From Hydrolagus colliei (Eukaryota), in contig CM068750.1 of the NCBI GenBank assembly GCA_035084275.1, positions 10,478,001 to 10,542,000 of the forward strand: 64,000 bases of DNA, written 5' to 3'. The notes under the pieces are model-generated. The model had not been told where the DNA came from, searched no databases, and saw only the letters and a program-made list of their open reading frames with translations. A program made the position numbers and the translations under genes. Numbering within the stretch: the first letter of the stretch is position 1; each line of letters begins with the position of its first letter. Positions 50,925-64,000 of this stretch are shown piece after piece.

Positions 50925-51703
50925 AACAACATTTTTATTATTTAACACAATTTTATTAAATTTACCACAAACAGCATGCATAACACAGAACTATTATTAT
51001 TGTATAAACCAGTTAAACCTATTTCCTTGGTGAACTACGAATTGTATGCCACATTTTCTGTTTCATCAGCATGAAAGGAGTATTAGAACAGTCAAACTGC
51101 ATTGGTTCCCTTGCTCAATCTCCAATGACATTTGCAGAATGGCTGGACTGGACCAGGAGCCCAGAAATCAGCATGTGTCACGCCACGTTTCTTCATTGTG
51201 AACTTCCTCCCCAAAACTGCTCACAGGCACAAACTCATGCCAAACCTCGCCTGCTTTGGCCTGGTAAATTCACACCTGTAAGCCGATTTGGGCGTGTTTG
51301 GGAATGTGAAATGGGTTGCACATACTGGGCCTTTTTAGTTCCAAAATCTCAGAACGCTAATATGCAAACGCAGTGATGCTCTGAATTTCAGAACAAACAG
51401 TGTGCCACTCGGTGCCAGATAGTATTACCACCACAAGTGAGTCAGCATTATTCAATGACCCTCACTAATCCCATCATGAATTTAAACAAGAGCATTATAG
51501 GGTTTTACCCAAATGAACATAATGGTCCTGAAACCAATTTATGATCCAGATTTATAATTGCCACTAATGGTTGTATTACTGTAATAATTCACACCACTGA
51601 GGGTTTAGTGCTGAGTAACTGATTTAACAGTGCAGCACAATGGGTCTTCTCCTTTGTTGGCCTTTGCGGTTTTACAATGCAATCCAAGCTCTTATTCAAC
51701 ATA

Positions 51704-51914
51704 TAGTAAAAGCCCGTTTATCCGGCACCCTCGGGACCTGGCCAATGCCGGTTAAAGCGTGTGCTGGATATTCGGCCGAAAACACACAAAAGTAATTTTT
51801 TTTAATGAAGTTTTCTGGATAAATTCCGGTTAATAGAATGCGGACTTTTTTTTGGATAGGCTGGTTATATGGAAGTTACGGTTGATCGGGTCACGGATAA
51901 ACAGGCTTTTACTG
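51704..51914. mobile_element. MITE (211 bp) from the same pogo/Tigger-like family as 45090-45832
   Basis: TA|tAGTAAAAGCCCGTTTATCCG...CGGATAAACAGGCTTTTACTG|TA. Shares cgggacctggccaatgccg with the longer copy. Confidence 0.88.
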
Positions 51915-53574
51915 TATTACATTATCTCGTCAAGAAAGCACAAGAAGAAAATATTGTGTGAATTGTTCATTAGATTAACCAGAATATTGTGTTGATGGAC
52001 AACAACAGAGATACAAGGGCAGCAAGTCCTGTTGACATTCCTACAGATAACATTACTCAGAGTGATCCATAAGACTGTAGCAGCTAATGACGGTTCTTAA
52101 ATTTTGGCAGAAAAGTGCAGTTAATATACAGTACAGAATCAGATAAATGAGAAGTTCCAGTACACAAACATATTTCAAAATTTTATTATGTTGGTTCCAC
52201 AACTATGTTTTTAATCTAAGTTAAATTGGAGAATTTGTTTAAAGAAAAATTCTAATGCTGTTTCCTTCGCATCTAATTTATTCATGCTGCTCGTGTTTGA
52301 TATGAACCTTCAAAAAGATTTTGTGTAAAACATTCATCATTCCAGGGTAACAAATGTGGTCTTGCTTTACATTATAGAGTTGTTATATATTGTAAATGGT
52401 GAACCATTGCTTCAGTTATTTGTTTGACAATACTTATACTGGGTGTTAATATGTGACCTAAATAATGCAATGCAACATCTCATGGGATCTTCCACCAAAA
52501 GACATTTCATACTTTGTGCCACCCTGAGAAAAAATACTGAGCAGATTAAAGTCAAATATATGATGAGAAACCTTCAATACAGTTATAGTCTTTGGTGGAA
52601 AGAAAATGGTCATCCCTGCTCAAATTGTTAAATGAAGCTACTAACTATTTGCAGACTGCACCAAATAAATTAAGTCAGGTCATTCTGTCTCCGATCAAAT
52701 TGTGCACACCTGAAGCAAAAATCAAAAGCAAATTGATCTTTTGAGAATGACCACAAAAGCGAGTCTGAAATAAGAATTAAGAATTATAGAAAAGGGATTG
52801 ATTTTGAACACTGTCTATCAGTTTAATTTTGGTGTGCACAACCAGAACCTTTTCAAATTGATTTTATTTAAGTCTATTTGACGTCAACGTAGATAACTGT
52901 GGACGCGGCATGCCTACTGAGTAGCTTTCGATGAGCTGCTGGTGGAATCAGTTTAGGTCTGCAGAATCAAGTTTTGACTGCATAGTGCACCAGCTCAATT
53001 GTTTCAAGGACAAATATTTTTCTTTAAACCCCCAAAAGATCTTTGCTGGTGTGCAACCACTTGCATAGGACAAAATGTTTGTTTTGCATCAAGGATCCGC
53101 GCCTGTAGATCGTTCGATAAAATGAATAGCCGTCTAGAATGTTAGCCCTTGGCTTCTATGAGTCCACTAAATATAATGCAAATGACACTGCGGCACACTG
53201 TAATACTGCTGTAGAGATTAGGCTTCGTCATTGACAATGTACAAATAGAGTTTAGTGAAGCCGTAGATTTGGCAATGCAGCAAAGTTAATGAATTCTGTG
53301 TGTATGTGGGCGGAGTAGGGAATTAATATTTTGCAAACACTCAAGAGTGACAGGAAGATAAATGACTCGATAACAAATGTGTGATTGCCTGGAAAAATAG
53401 GTTTCCTCCTTTCACAAAAACAGACCCTAGTATTCAAAATGAGAACAGAAATTATCTTGATACTTTCTTGAATGAAATGAAGAAATGAGCAGTATGCTAA
53501 GAATGCAGATAAGGATAGTTTTCTGCAACGGGAATTCCCAAGCCATTAACCTGGCACATCGTGTCTGCTGTTGA

Positions 53575-53960
53575 ATTGAAAATCTTACATTTGGTATAGC
53601 ACCTTTCATGTCGGAAGGTTGTCTCAAAACGCTTCGTAGGATACTCTGTAAACTGTAGTGATTCTATTTTGTAAGTGGACAAAGCAACAGATTTGTGCAC
53701 AGCAATGTCCACAAAGAATATGAAGTGAATGATCAATTTTGAATGACTTTTAGCCAGGGCATCAAGTAAAACTCCCCTTTTGAATGGTACCATAGGATCT
53801 TTTAACATCCAGCTGAACAAGCCATCTGAAGGACAGAACCTCCAACAATGCAGCATAGCTCCAGTGCTCAATGTGGGGGTGGAGGCTCGCTAAGACTATA
53901 CAAATTCAAAGGGTCAACATGGGGCTTGAACCCAAAACCTTGTGTTACCAACTGAGCCAG
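53575..53960 (-). mobile_element. Degenerate Deu-domain-type SINE
   Basis: Reverse tail atttggtatagcacctttcatg, tttgtgcacagcaa and ccataggatcttttaacatcca. A possible tRNA-like head ggcttgaaccc...ccaactgagcc lies at about 53920-53958. Confidence 0.65.
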
Positions 53961-54556
53961 TCTGACACACTTTGAGATAAATCCTTTTCAGTGCTGCTAT
54001 TTATAAACAGAATAAGGATAGTTCTCTAATGTTGCTCACAGTCTGTTCACCAGACTCCAACTGTAGACTGTAATCCAAGTTTAAAATAAAATAAATTCTA
54101 TTGGTTAGAATAGTAATTGTTTAATAAAAAGAAAACAGAAAAGCAAACTTAACATTCAACATCAAGAGCTGCAGACAACCCATCATATACTGTACATGGT
54201 CATTCTTCAATAGCTTTGCAGATCAGGTATCAGCAATCACCAGAAAATATGAACTGCTGGCTGGTGAATTTAACCCTTAAAGTGTTTTACCAATAATCTA
54301 ATCAGTATTATGCTGCCCCATTTCAAAAACTGCAAACAAATCAATTTCACTGAGGACAAACCTTGAACCATAAATAACACTGAATACTTAAGAAAGGGTA
54401 GAATAGCTGGCTGTCAGCTGTCACTTAAACCTGGATTCAATTGATTTTAAGCATCAGTTTGTTACAAGCTGGCAACACCCTTGCGTCTGGGTCACAAGGT
54501 TATAGGTTCAACCCCCACATGTTGGGACTTGAATTCATAGTTTTACCTGACACTTC

Positions 54557-55371
54557 AACAACAACAACAACAAAATTGGATTTGTATAGCACCTTTCACT
54601 TCGGGAGGATGTCCTAAGGCACTGGACAGTCAGTGTTTTGGACCAGAGCTGGGTTTGAGATCAAGGAGGGAGGAGGGAAGAGGTGGGTGAATGATGGGAC
54701 TGTCGAAGAGGAGGGTCTTAAGGTAGTGTTTGAAGGAGGCTAGGGAGGGGGCTACGAGGAGGGATTATGGGATGGAATTCCAAAGATTGGAGGCAGAGTG
54801 GCTGAAGGTTCACCTGCCGATGGTGGGGCGCCATCGGCAGGTGAGCCTTCAGCCACTCTGCCTCCAATCTTTGGAATTCCATCCCATAATCCCTCCTCCT
54901 AGCCCCCTCCCTAGCCTCCTTCAAACACTACCTTAAGACCCTCCTCTTTGACAGTCCCATCATAGGGGGTTGATAGGGGGTTAGATGGTCGTAGAAGTGG
55001 GGAGTGGAGGGCTTTGAAGGTGAGGACCAGGATCTTGAGTTGAATTCTCCGTGTGATGGGAAGCCAGGGAGTCAGGAGAGAATGGAGGTGATAGGGTCGC
55101 GGAGTCTGATGTAGGAGAGGACACATGCTGCAAATTTCTGGATGATCTGCAGCCTATGGAGGGAGGAATTGGGGTAGCCGAAAAGCAGGGCATTGGCATT
55201 GTCAAGTGTTGATGTGATGAAGGCATGAATGAGAGTTTCAGTGGCCTGAGGGCTGAAATAGTGTGGAGTAGAACAATGTTGCAATTGAGGGAAGGCAGAG
55301 CAGGTCATGACTTGGATGTGGGGGAGAATACAGTCGACAATCAAACAAGACACTTAGGTTCCTAACTTTGG
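54557..55371 (-). mobile_element. L2 LINE 3' fragment carrying an internal inverted duplication
   Basis: (CAA)n tail; QATETLIHAFITSTLDNANALL and WLPITRRIQLKILVLTFKALH. Confidence 0.9.
54691..54963. repeat. Near-perfect palindrome/hairpin: 133-bp arms with a 7-nt centre
   Basis: 54691-54823 versus 54831-54963 shows about three mismatches by eye. This explains the mirror-image 68-aa ORFs on both strands. Confidence 0.97.
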
Positions 55372-56645
55372 TACAGAAGTGAGGGAGCAATGCATTGTTT
55401 AAGGTTTTGTCATTTGGATGTACCATCCGCCTTGTGTTTTTAGGTTAATTAAAAATTCTGTAACACTATTTAAAAAGAGAAGGAAGATTATATTCTGGCC
55501 AGCAATCCAGATTTCATTGAACTCAAGACAGTTTATGGGACCGACTATTGCAAATGGCAGCCATGGTTTACCTATGAAAATAGGAGCTACATATGATAGT
55601 TAATCTATACTATTAGAGGATTTGCTGATGAAACTTATAGTCAACCTGAAGAGGCAGGGATTGCCCTAAAATGATGTGCATTCTTTTACACATTAACTGT
55701 AAATTCACCTATGTACAACACATCTTGTAACCAAATGTTCTGCCTAAAACAGTTTACCAACACAGGTTCTGTCTATATAGGAAACCAAGGCTCTGTAAAC
55801 AGCAACAAATTAAATCATTTCTCCAGAGAGAAAGCATGCAGAGATAGATTAAACACAAAACACAATTTAGCCATTTAATCATCTGAAACAGATGAAACCC
55901 AAAACAATTGAGGGCAAAAACTTCAGCTGTGCTCTTGGGACTGCCCTGAGTGCCAAACACAACTGGGTAATTCAACCACTAAGGAATATATCACACTTGC
56001 TCTACTTGTGGAGATAAGCTAGCTTTCAAAGTGGGACAGTCAACATCACATTAAAAAAAAGATTCTGAGTGAGCTGATACAAGTTTCTGGAACAAGGTTC
56101 AAATACTGGACAAGTAATATAGGACAAGTAAAAGCAAAACAAGATTTTCATAAACTGAGAAACCAAAAGTTTCTCTTATACTCAGTCATGATGGACTTGT
56201 GGTGTTGAGACTCCTTTAATGTTTTGGAGGTCATCTAAACACATGTTTCCCCTCATTTATTTTCTACATGGAGGTGCTGAGGGCAGTTGTCACACATAAA
56301 AGGTGAGATACAACATCAACCATTTGCATGCCATATTTTCATAATATAAAAGGAAGGAATTAAAATGGTTTTTATCAGGAATGCACTCCAGTCACACAGC
56401 TGGAAGTTGTTTATGATCTCTGGAATGGGAATAAAAAACAAGATGCAAAAACATTTTTCCTGGAATGACTGTTGGAAGTATTCCCAAATGAATCACTAGT
56501 GTGACATGAATGATGCCAGCAATGGAATAGGAAAATGTTGGTAGCTTAATATTGCAGTACTAACAACTATATGAAGCTTTATGAATCTCAATGTGTCCAC
56601 AAAAAGCTTTAACGCAATCAGTTGACAGCTGATTTTATACTACCA

Positions 56646-56673
56646 CCCCCCCCCCCCCCCCCCCCCACCCCCC
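56646..56673. repeat. Poly-C tract (poly-G in the NOVA1 pre-mRNA)
   Basis: A run of about 21 C, then a, then cccccc. Confidence 0.9.
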
Positions 56674-59600
56674 ACAACCTCACACTCTCATATTGTAATA
56701 TGACAGACAGTTTGAGCTCCACAATACCAGCCCCATTCAAAAAAACCTACAAAAGTGGGAAACAAAATGTTAATCAGTGAAAAAATGAAACATGGACCAA
56801 GAGGTTTTGACAACTTCCATTCAAAAAAGTGTTCCAACACAAAACAGGTGGAGAGAGATCAAGAGTTTCTTTGAATTTTGTTATCATTAATGCAAGGTAC
56901 CTCAACACTGGCTAATGCAACACTCTCCTATTACCTGTGTCAACATCAATCAACAGGGATCAAACAATCTCTGCTATTTTCAGGTTTCAGTTATTAAAAC
57001 AAGAAATGGGTGACTGCGGTTGGCAGCACCTTTAACTTGTCCACGAGTGAACTGCACCATGTAATCAATAATCAAACATATCTTTGTGCAGTAGGCAGAG
57101 AACAAATAGTATAAATATTTTACACACACAAGATGGAGTTTTGTGTACAGTTTATGCACACTTGATATGAAATATAAGGATCAAGGAAAATTCAAGGAAT
57201 TTCTTTGTATAGAAATTGAGTACTTCCTGCTGTTCTAAAAATTCCAAACTTTGCTAGTGGAATGCTTTCTGGGATTTAAGGTTGGATATACGTAATCTAT
57301 CAGCACTTGCAGATTGCATGAAAATGGAGCTGGAATGCTGACAGGTGCATTTTTATAAGTATCTGATGACAAACAGCTCTGGTGTGAAGAAAAATATGTT
57401 GGTGACAAAAGGAGGGAGGAGATAGAAGGTGCATTCTGCTTTGTGTTTGCCAGTTTGTTTTACATATGTGTACAACAGGGAGTTGTAACAATTGTTTCAC
57501 ACTCACTGTAGGAAACAATAATAGGACCATGAAAGCATAAAACAGATGGAAATACATGTACATACTCTATACAATGTACATTAACACGTATAAACTCCTG
57601 TCACCAACTGTCTATATTGTTCCCTGGGCTGTGGATCTCCTATACTTTATAACTAAATGTTGCAGTGCAATCCATTTAGGAGAAAAGTGACAGAAATACT
57701 TCTTCAGTAGCCATTGGAAATCTTATGTTTGCATAAATTGTTTGCACAAATTGCATAAAACTGAGGAAAAAGTGGGCTTTATTCTTTCAAACTAAATATA
57801 TTGTAAATCGTAGATGAGGTGGTAGAAGAAATCCAAGAAGCTACAAAAATGTTATGATTTAAAAATGTCCAGCACTAAATCTGAAACACAACAAATGGAT
57901 GCAAATTGGACATTAAAAACATCAAAAGAATATATGCCCAGTAGTTAACGACGATAACTTGCATTTATATAGGGCTCTTCATGTGGAGTAACATCTCAGA
58001 GCACTTAAGGAATTAAGATACATATGCTGCAACATACCATGTCCTCAATTCATTACCAATTCTAAAACAGAGGTCAATAAAGGTTTTCTAAATGAGACAT
58101 CATCTTAAGATGCCCGAGTTAATCAGTTAATGTAAACAGAATAGGGGAGTGTGTAGCAGATAGAGGTGCCACTAACACTATTTGAAGCTGGCTGCTACAC
58201 ACACTCCCATTCTGCAAATAAGACCAATATGATGGTTTTAGTACAATTATGGATCAGAAGAGCTACATTATCAGTTAAATCTTATTGACTTCACAATAAG
58301 AATTTATTGAAGAAGACCTCAACTGAAGAATTTCACAGGAAGGAAGTCATCCATTGACACTCTTTCGCTGATTTAATTTAGTTGTCAGTTGGGAGCTTTG
58401 CCTCAAACTATTGCTTCAGACAAAAAAGTTCTCAGAAAAAATGGACTAGTGCAAATCCAAGCTCCCCCAGCTCGGCGGGCACCGGTCTGCTCCATATCCT
58501 CCACCCTGCCATTGGTGGTCTGGCCTTCATTATTCAGTTGCATGTCGCTGAAGGCAATGATCTATGATCTCAAAGACTTTCTTTTAAGTTTTCTCTCATT
58601 ACTAACCATCTAATTTAGACAATTGTCTAAAAACATTATGCCATAACATCACATGGATTATTTTGAAATGCAGGTCACTCCTACTGAAGTGGTTGATTAA
58701 TATTTATCATTTTGCTTAATCAATGAAGTCCCTTGAAAACATCCTAGAATAACATAATCAGTAGCAGAAATTGAGTAAACAACCCAACAGAGGTGTACCC
58801 AGAGGGATAATGCAGAAAAGGGGGAAGAAAGTCCAAGGGCAACAAGGAGGTCAGGATGGTGCTGAATTAAAATCTATATATTTAAAATTGTTTAATGAAC
58901 ATATGTGGCAGGCTTATATTTTGAGTCCCGTGATTGGTCTGCAACTCAAAGGAATCTGGATTTGTAAGCATCGCATGCATAAAATCCTTACCCAGGGCAA
59001 GTCTTTCTAATTAAAAGCATCTTATTATCTGTGACTAACATTGGGCTCGATTTCCAGCTGTGACATTACAGCACGTTGGAGCTGATATATATACACAGAG
59101 CTTCAGTATGCTGCGAGACCAAATACTGTATAATGCAGGTGAACCTCCATAAACTTGGTACAATTCTAGCTTCTGGCCCACAGCACCCAAGCACAGAAGA
59201 CTTCCTGGCATCCCAGCAACAATTACCTGCCTAACTAGTTCTCAAAAGAACTTTCTAGCCTCAAAATTGAGGTTGTGTTTTAAAAATGGTAAAGTTATGC
59301 ATGCTCTGCAATCCTAGAAAATGGAAGTAAATTTAGGCCCCGGTGTAATTTCTACCCTGTGGTTGGTTACTACAACCCACATGCTTGTACAGTTAATCCA
59401 ATGTGACTTAAGGTAGTGTTGTTTAGACATCCTGATTCTCCTGTATGAGATGAATTGTGCTGAGAGGGGATAGGAAAGCTGCATAAAGTTACACAATGTA
59501 TGCAAGTCTGAAGCTTGGTGATATTTTCAGCACTTATGGACATCATATCATTTTAGTTAATTTTATTCTCAGCATTACCTCCGCCATCAGCTGCATTTTA

Positions 59601-60148
59601 CCTAGGTATGACCTTTTAAAATTCAGCTTGTTGCGATCAGTGGGCAAAGTGGCTGTAGAAGGAACCAGAGTTTTACTTAAACCCCATTGTTAGAATTTTA
59701 ATACTTGTGTGAAACTGGACAAACCTGCACATGTAATAATTCTCCAAGGTAAACTAACAACTATTTAATTTCCACAAAACATGTACAGTCTTCAAAGGCG
59801 TCAAGCTTAATGAACCTTTTTCCATCGCAGGAATAAATACTGTAGCATATAACAGAGTACATATGTTAAATGTAATTTATCACAGACTCCTGATGTTCAC
59901 ATATGGAGGGAGAAACTAGAAAATTAGAAATATAGCAACAATGCAGAAAAATGATGTGTTATGTGGATAACTGAGAAAAAAGCAGCAACATTGTTTTGTC
60001 CACAAAAGATATAGTCAATTCACTTTACTGTATATACTGTGAAGTGCTTTGAGGCATATCGAATACATGATGTCACTGCATCAAATGCAAGGATATAACA
60101 TGTAGGCTGCACTATGTTTGATATTAAACACCTCAGAATTCGGTGGTA

Positions 60149-60443
60149 AATAATAATAAATAATAATCCTTGCATTCGATAGAGGGCATTTCACATCTTC
60201 TAGATGTCTTAAAGCCGTTCACCTAATACAGTATACTGTAAAGTGAATTGACTGTATATTTGTGAGCGAAATACAGCAGCCAGTTGCACACAGCAGTGTT
60301 CCACAAACAGCTGTAGATTGAACTGACCAGTTTATAATTTTTTTTAGGAATTATTATCAGCTGTGTGGAGTGAGGTAACTTGCTCAGGATTTCAGCTTGT
60401 CTGGAATTGAACACTGGGCTCTCCCTTGCAAGCTGCAGGACTC
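60149..60443 (-). mobile_element. Near full-length tRNA-derived SINE (10785 family)
   Basis: (AAT)n tail, shared body, ggaattgaac reverse B box and agctgcaggactcc head. Confidence 0.85.
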
Positions 60444-62049
60444 CACAAAAATGTAAAGGATTCCAGTTTTCTACATCATTTGTATTTTTTGAGTACTGTT
60501 ATTTGCCCTCAAATGCAACCCAAAGAATGTTTCACAAACAGATTTTCACTCCAGAGCTATTGCCTGAGTATTATGCTGATGCACATTGTTAGAATTGACG
60601 GGTCAGTATTTTAATATAACCATTACCTTTATGAACCATTGATGATCGAAATAGAGGCAATTTCAAGCAGGTTTAAATCATCGGTCATCCAGCCTATGCA
60701 TCCAATTTCTCCACATGGTTCATGGGTATTTATCTATTATCAGTAAAATAATTCCAAGCTTTGACTTTTGAAACCAGAAAAGTAGTTAGTTTTTCAGTTA
60801 GCAAGTTGCCTTCGCTGCACTTATCCATGCTTGACGAATGTACTCCATAAATAGTGCCTAGACACTCTAATGTGGTTGACTCAAAATACAATATTTGTTA
60901 ATTAGCTGTCAAGTGCTAAAAAGGACACCCACTGTGTTATCTACTTGAAATACAATATTGAACTTCAAACCAATCTTGTTTGTGGGTACATATAGATATG
61001 TCACTTCACAAAGTAATACTACTACACCAACAGCAATGATGGGCAGAGGTTGAAAATCTCCCAGATTGAAACAAAGCCACAATACTATGTGAAGCTTAGG
61101 CCAAGAATTGTCCCCGTAAAACATGGATGGGGTGTGAGGGTGGAGAAATGCATCAAAACTGAACAGTAAAGCAATTCACCTTTGAGCATGAATCCTTATA
61201 CAGTAGTATCTAATTAGTGACCTCAAAAAAGTCACATTTCTTTCAAAATATAATTTATTAAAAAAAACAATATAAACCATTAATAAAACGAGCTTTCAAA
61301 ATTCAGTTTATTCCAGGCGTTAACCTTGGCACTTTTGCATAAATTGAAAAACAGTCATTAGACTCTTTCATTTAAAGTACCTTTCACATTTAACATATGT
61401 TCTGTATTAAAGAAGCAGCGCAGATGCCCAAATCTAACAGTATGAAATTCAATGATCAGTATCACAAAATCCTGTGAAGTGGGAGCAGTACAGAAAACAC
61501 TGTGGAAAATGTCACTCTACATTTAACATACACTTTGCTCCCAGTTTGATGTACTGTTGCTCCTATCTGAAAGTCGGCACTGTCCATCTGATTTTCACAT
61601 AATTTGGGATTAAAACACTCAAAATATAAATATTTTCAGTGAAGAATGATTTCCCTGTATCGAAGAGAGTAACACAAACATCCTGTTGAAAATATGAAAC
61701 TATTGAAAACCTTTCCTCCTCCGTCCCCTGTAAATCAGAACAGAATACTATTTGCTGACATAGAGGACAGGCAGGTAAGATGCTTTTGGACCTTCGATGT
61801 GGTTATTATCCTACAGTTTTTAAATATGTACCATACCTAAACTTCCCTCTGATTACATTTCTAGAGCCGCAGAACATAATTGGCCTGACCTACTTTAGCA
61901 ATCTCATCAAGGCCACCTTCAAGAGATGAAGCACAATTGTAGTGAATGATGCCCCATTGTTGTCACCTATTTTCCTCTGATTGAAACCAGCTGACTGTCT
62001 TATCATCAAAAAACAAAACACACAACAGCATTATTCGCCCACAAATATC

Positions 62050-62150
62050 GGTCAATTCACTTTACAGTATATCCTGTGAAGCGCTTTGAGACTTCTAGAA
62101 GATGTGAAAAGAGCTATATCAAATGCAAGGATTATTATTATTATTATTAT
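62050..62150 (+). mobile_element. SINE 3' fragment with (ATT)n tail; similar short tails occur near 22200, 36440, 43860, 47400, 57955, 60010, 62825 and 63090
   Basis: gtcaattcactttacagtatatcctgtgaagcgctttgagac...atatcaaatgcaaggattattattattattattat. Confidence 0.85.
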
Positions 62151-64000
62151 AGGATGGGGTGCGTATGGACAGAGTTTCCAATAGTGGTGCAAACTCCCAG
62201 TGTAAGACAGCACTCGCTGCTCACACCTAAACAACAAGAACAACACAAGAATTAGAAGCCCATGCTGAAGCAGCCATTAAACAGTAAATATGAGAGCCCA
62301 AGTTAACAAACCAACTAATTCCTTTTCCTTCATTGAGTTGAAGTGCCTTGGCTCTACCAACAGCTCAATCCACTGCCTGATTGAAAACCTGACAGATTCG
62401 GGACGAGCAGTGGGAGAAAATAAATGTCCTTATTGCAGTCCAATGCTGTGCAAATGCTCCCTCTGCACAGCAAAAGGAACCCAGTTTGACTTTTAAAAAC
62501 ACACTGAGTCAGTCATAGGGTGATTTATACATGTATGAATCCATAATTAGTAGAAATTATAAACACAGTAACCAGGGTCCTTTTTATTAAGTCTACGGTG
62601 TGCTATTAAGTTATTGAATTACACCACTGAAAATTCAATTTAAGAGTCTCCAATTTAAAATTACTGCCCATGACTTTGAATGCAATTACTACTAATAATG
62701 ATTATTGACCAGTTTGGTAGATTAGATTACACATTTTAGTTTCTCCATCCCAAATATCCATCCAAGTATAACGATTCTGGATTTAAAAAAATCATAATCC
62801 TTTTAAATAGATGATAAGCAATAAATAACAATCTTCACATTTGATGTAGAGAAGACGTCTCAAAGTGCTTCACAGGATTTACTGTAAAGTGTAGTGACTA
62901 TTTTTTAAAAAATGTAATGGATTGTTTGGAAATGATGCACGCAGAATGTATTAATTTTTAGAATATCCATGGTTTCTATTAGTAACTAAGTAGACACTTA
63001 GTAGACACTTTGGAGCTTGCTGCCTGGCAGATGCACCTTTGTACTACTTTGCGTGACTGAACTAAGGCTGCAACAAAACACGCAATCATTCACTTTTAAT
63101 ATATCCTGTGATTCATTTTGGGATGTCCTCCCAAGATGAAAGGCGCTGTATCAAATGTAAGGATTGTTATTATTGTTACTAATATGAAATAGCAAAAGAA
63201 TAGTGTTGCATGCCACATGCCCCAGTGGTCAGTTAAGCCTCTGTTACAGCAAACGTCCTTGTCATGTACCCCTCATCGTACGTCCATGGTCCATCCATAC
63301 AACATGTTATCAGAGTTAAGATTTAGTAAAATTGATGCTATTGTCTGATTATAGCATCGAAAGAGCAAGTGAAACTAATATATTTATCTTAATATCATCA
63401 TTACATTAAATTCCCCCATCCTGTTGCACCCCCCACCCACCCAACCTACACATACATACATTTCCGATGGTGAAATAAAGTGTGTGCTCACTTGATAACT
63501 ATCCATAGCTATACACTGAAAGCTAGAGTCACCAAGCAGGGAGTGCCAGGTAAACACTTCTCATCCCTTTCTAGTTGGGGATTTTCAGAGATTCCTTAAC
63601 ATGGCATTGGTTAGAATTGCAGGCGGTCACACAAACTTAGTGAGTTAACGCTGAAATAGCTCCATGTTTTCAATTAAACGCTTGATGGAACAGAAATTGA
63701 AGCCAATCTTTTGAACATATTCGAAAGGAAAGGTGTTACGATTGCAGAAAATCTAATTCAGACATTAGATTGAACACTCTCCGTTTTCCTTGCAAACTCA
63801 CTGGAAAAAATAATTGATCTGCACACACAACAAAAGAAAGCTTTCACGATTGTTAGAAAGCCTCTCCAGCTGGAAGACACAAAGGCTTGCAAACAAATGT
63901 GTCAGCCTCGTGCTAAGACGATCCATTATTATTATTATTAATAATAAACCATTTAAACTATTTAAAATACACAAATATGTTTTTCTGATCATATGTATAA

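Larger units (their letters stand above)
54470..55510 (+). mobile_element. Deu-domain-type SINE split in two (about 54470-54556 and 55372-55510) by an L2 insertion
   Basis: Head cttgcgtctgggtcacaaggttataggttcaacccccac...ctgacacttca. Sequence resumes after the L2 with gtacagaagtgagggagcaatgcattgt...cactatttaaaaagagaagg. Confidence 0.6.
7575..64000 (-). other. NOVA1: NOVA1 intron 2 (partial, more than 56 kb)
   Basis: Lies upstream of exon 3 on the minus strand. No sequence encoding the exon 2 peptide ([30 protein letters not shown]) was seen by eye or in the ORF track. Confidence 0.85.

Noticed and set aside
54718-54936. Two near-identical 68-aa ORFs on opposite strands (toxin/antitoxin-like pair)
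   Set aside because: An automatic consequence of the DNA palindrome within L2 sequence; not genes.
56646-56673. Functional G-quadruplex from the poly-C/G run (also 23470-23491)
   Set aside because: Simple homopolymers whose lengths are error-prone, with no supporting context.
58960-59010. Possible NOVA1 exon 2 end (minus-strand gacttgccctgg|gtaag)
   Set aside because: The translation does not give KSKDFYP and there is no upstream GKGG motif.

Overview
This is eukaryotic, AT-rich, repeat-laden vertebrate DNA, not a prokaryotic locus. The repeat set (L2 LINEs with (TTG)n tails, tRNA-derived SINEs with (ATT)n tails, Deu-domain SINE-like remnants) suggests a cartilaginous fish, possibly a chimaera (inference). 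The whole window lies inside the NOVA1 gene on the minus strand. It contains coding exon 3 (7408-7574, end of KH1), the 72-nt alternative exon 4 (3485-3556), intron 3, the start of intron 4, and more than 56 kb of intron 2; exon 2 was not found. Almost all other ORF-track entries are chance ORFs or decayed LINE pieces. The strongest leads are candidate cryptic NOVA1 exons that could form an extended autoregulatory splicing circuit. These are a 45-nt in-frame exon followed by a dense YCAY cluster (24271-24315), a 120-nt stop-containing exon about 0.9 kb downstream (23227-23346), a 41-nt stop-containing exon in intron 3 (5982-6022), and a recursive-splice-like AG|GTAAGT site near position 29. 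There is also a near-perfect 273-nt fold-back hairpin inside an L2 element (54691-54963). All cryptic exons are motif-based predictions and need RNA-seq or conservation support. Repeat boundaries are approximate and family names are from memory, not database searches.
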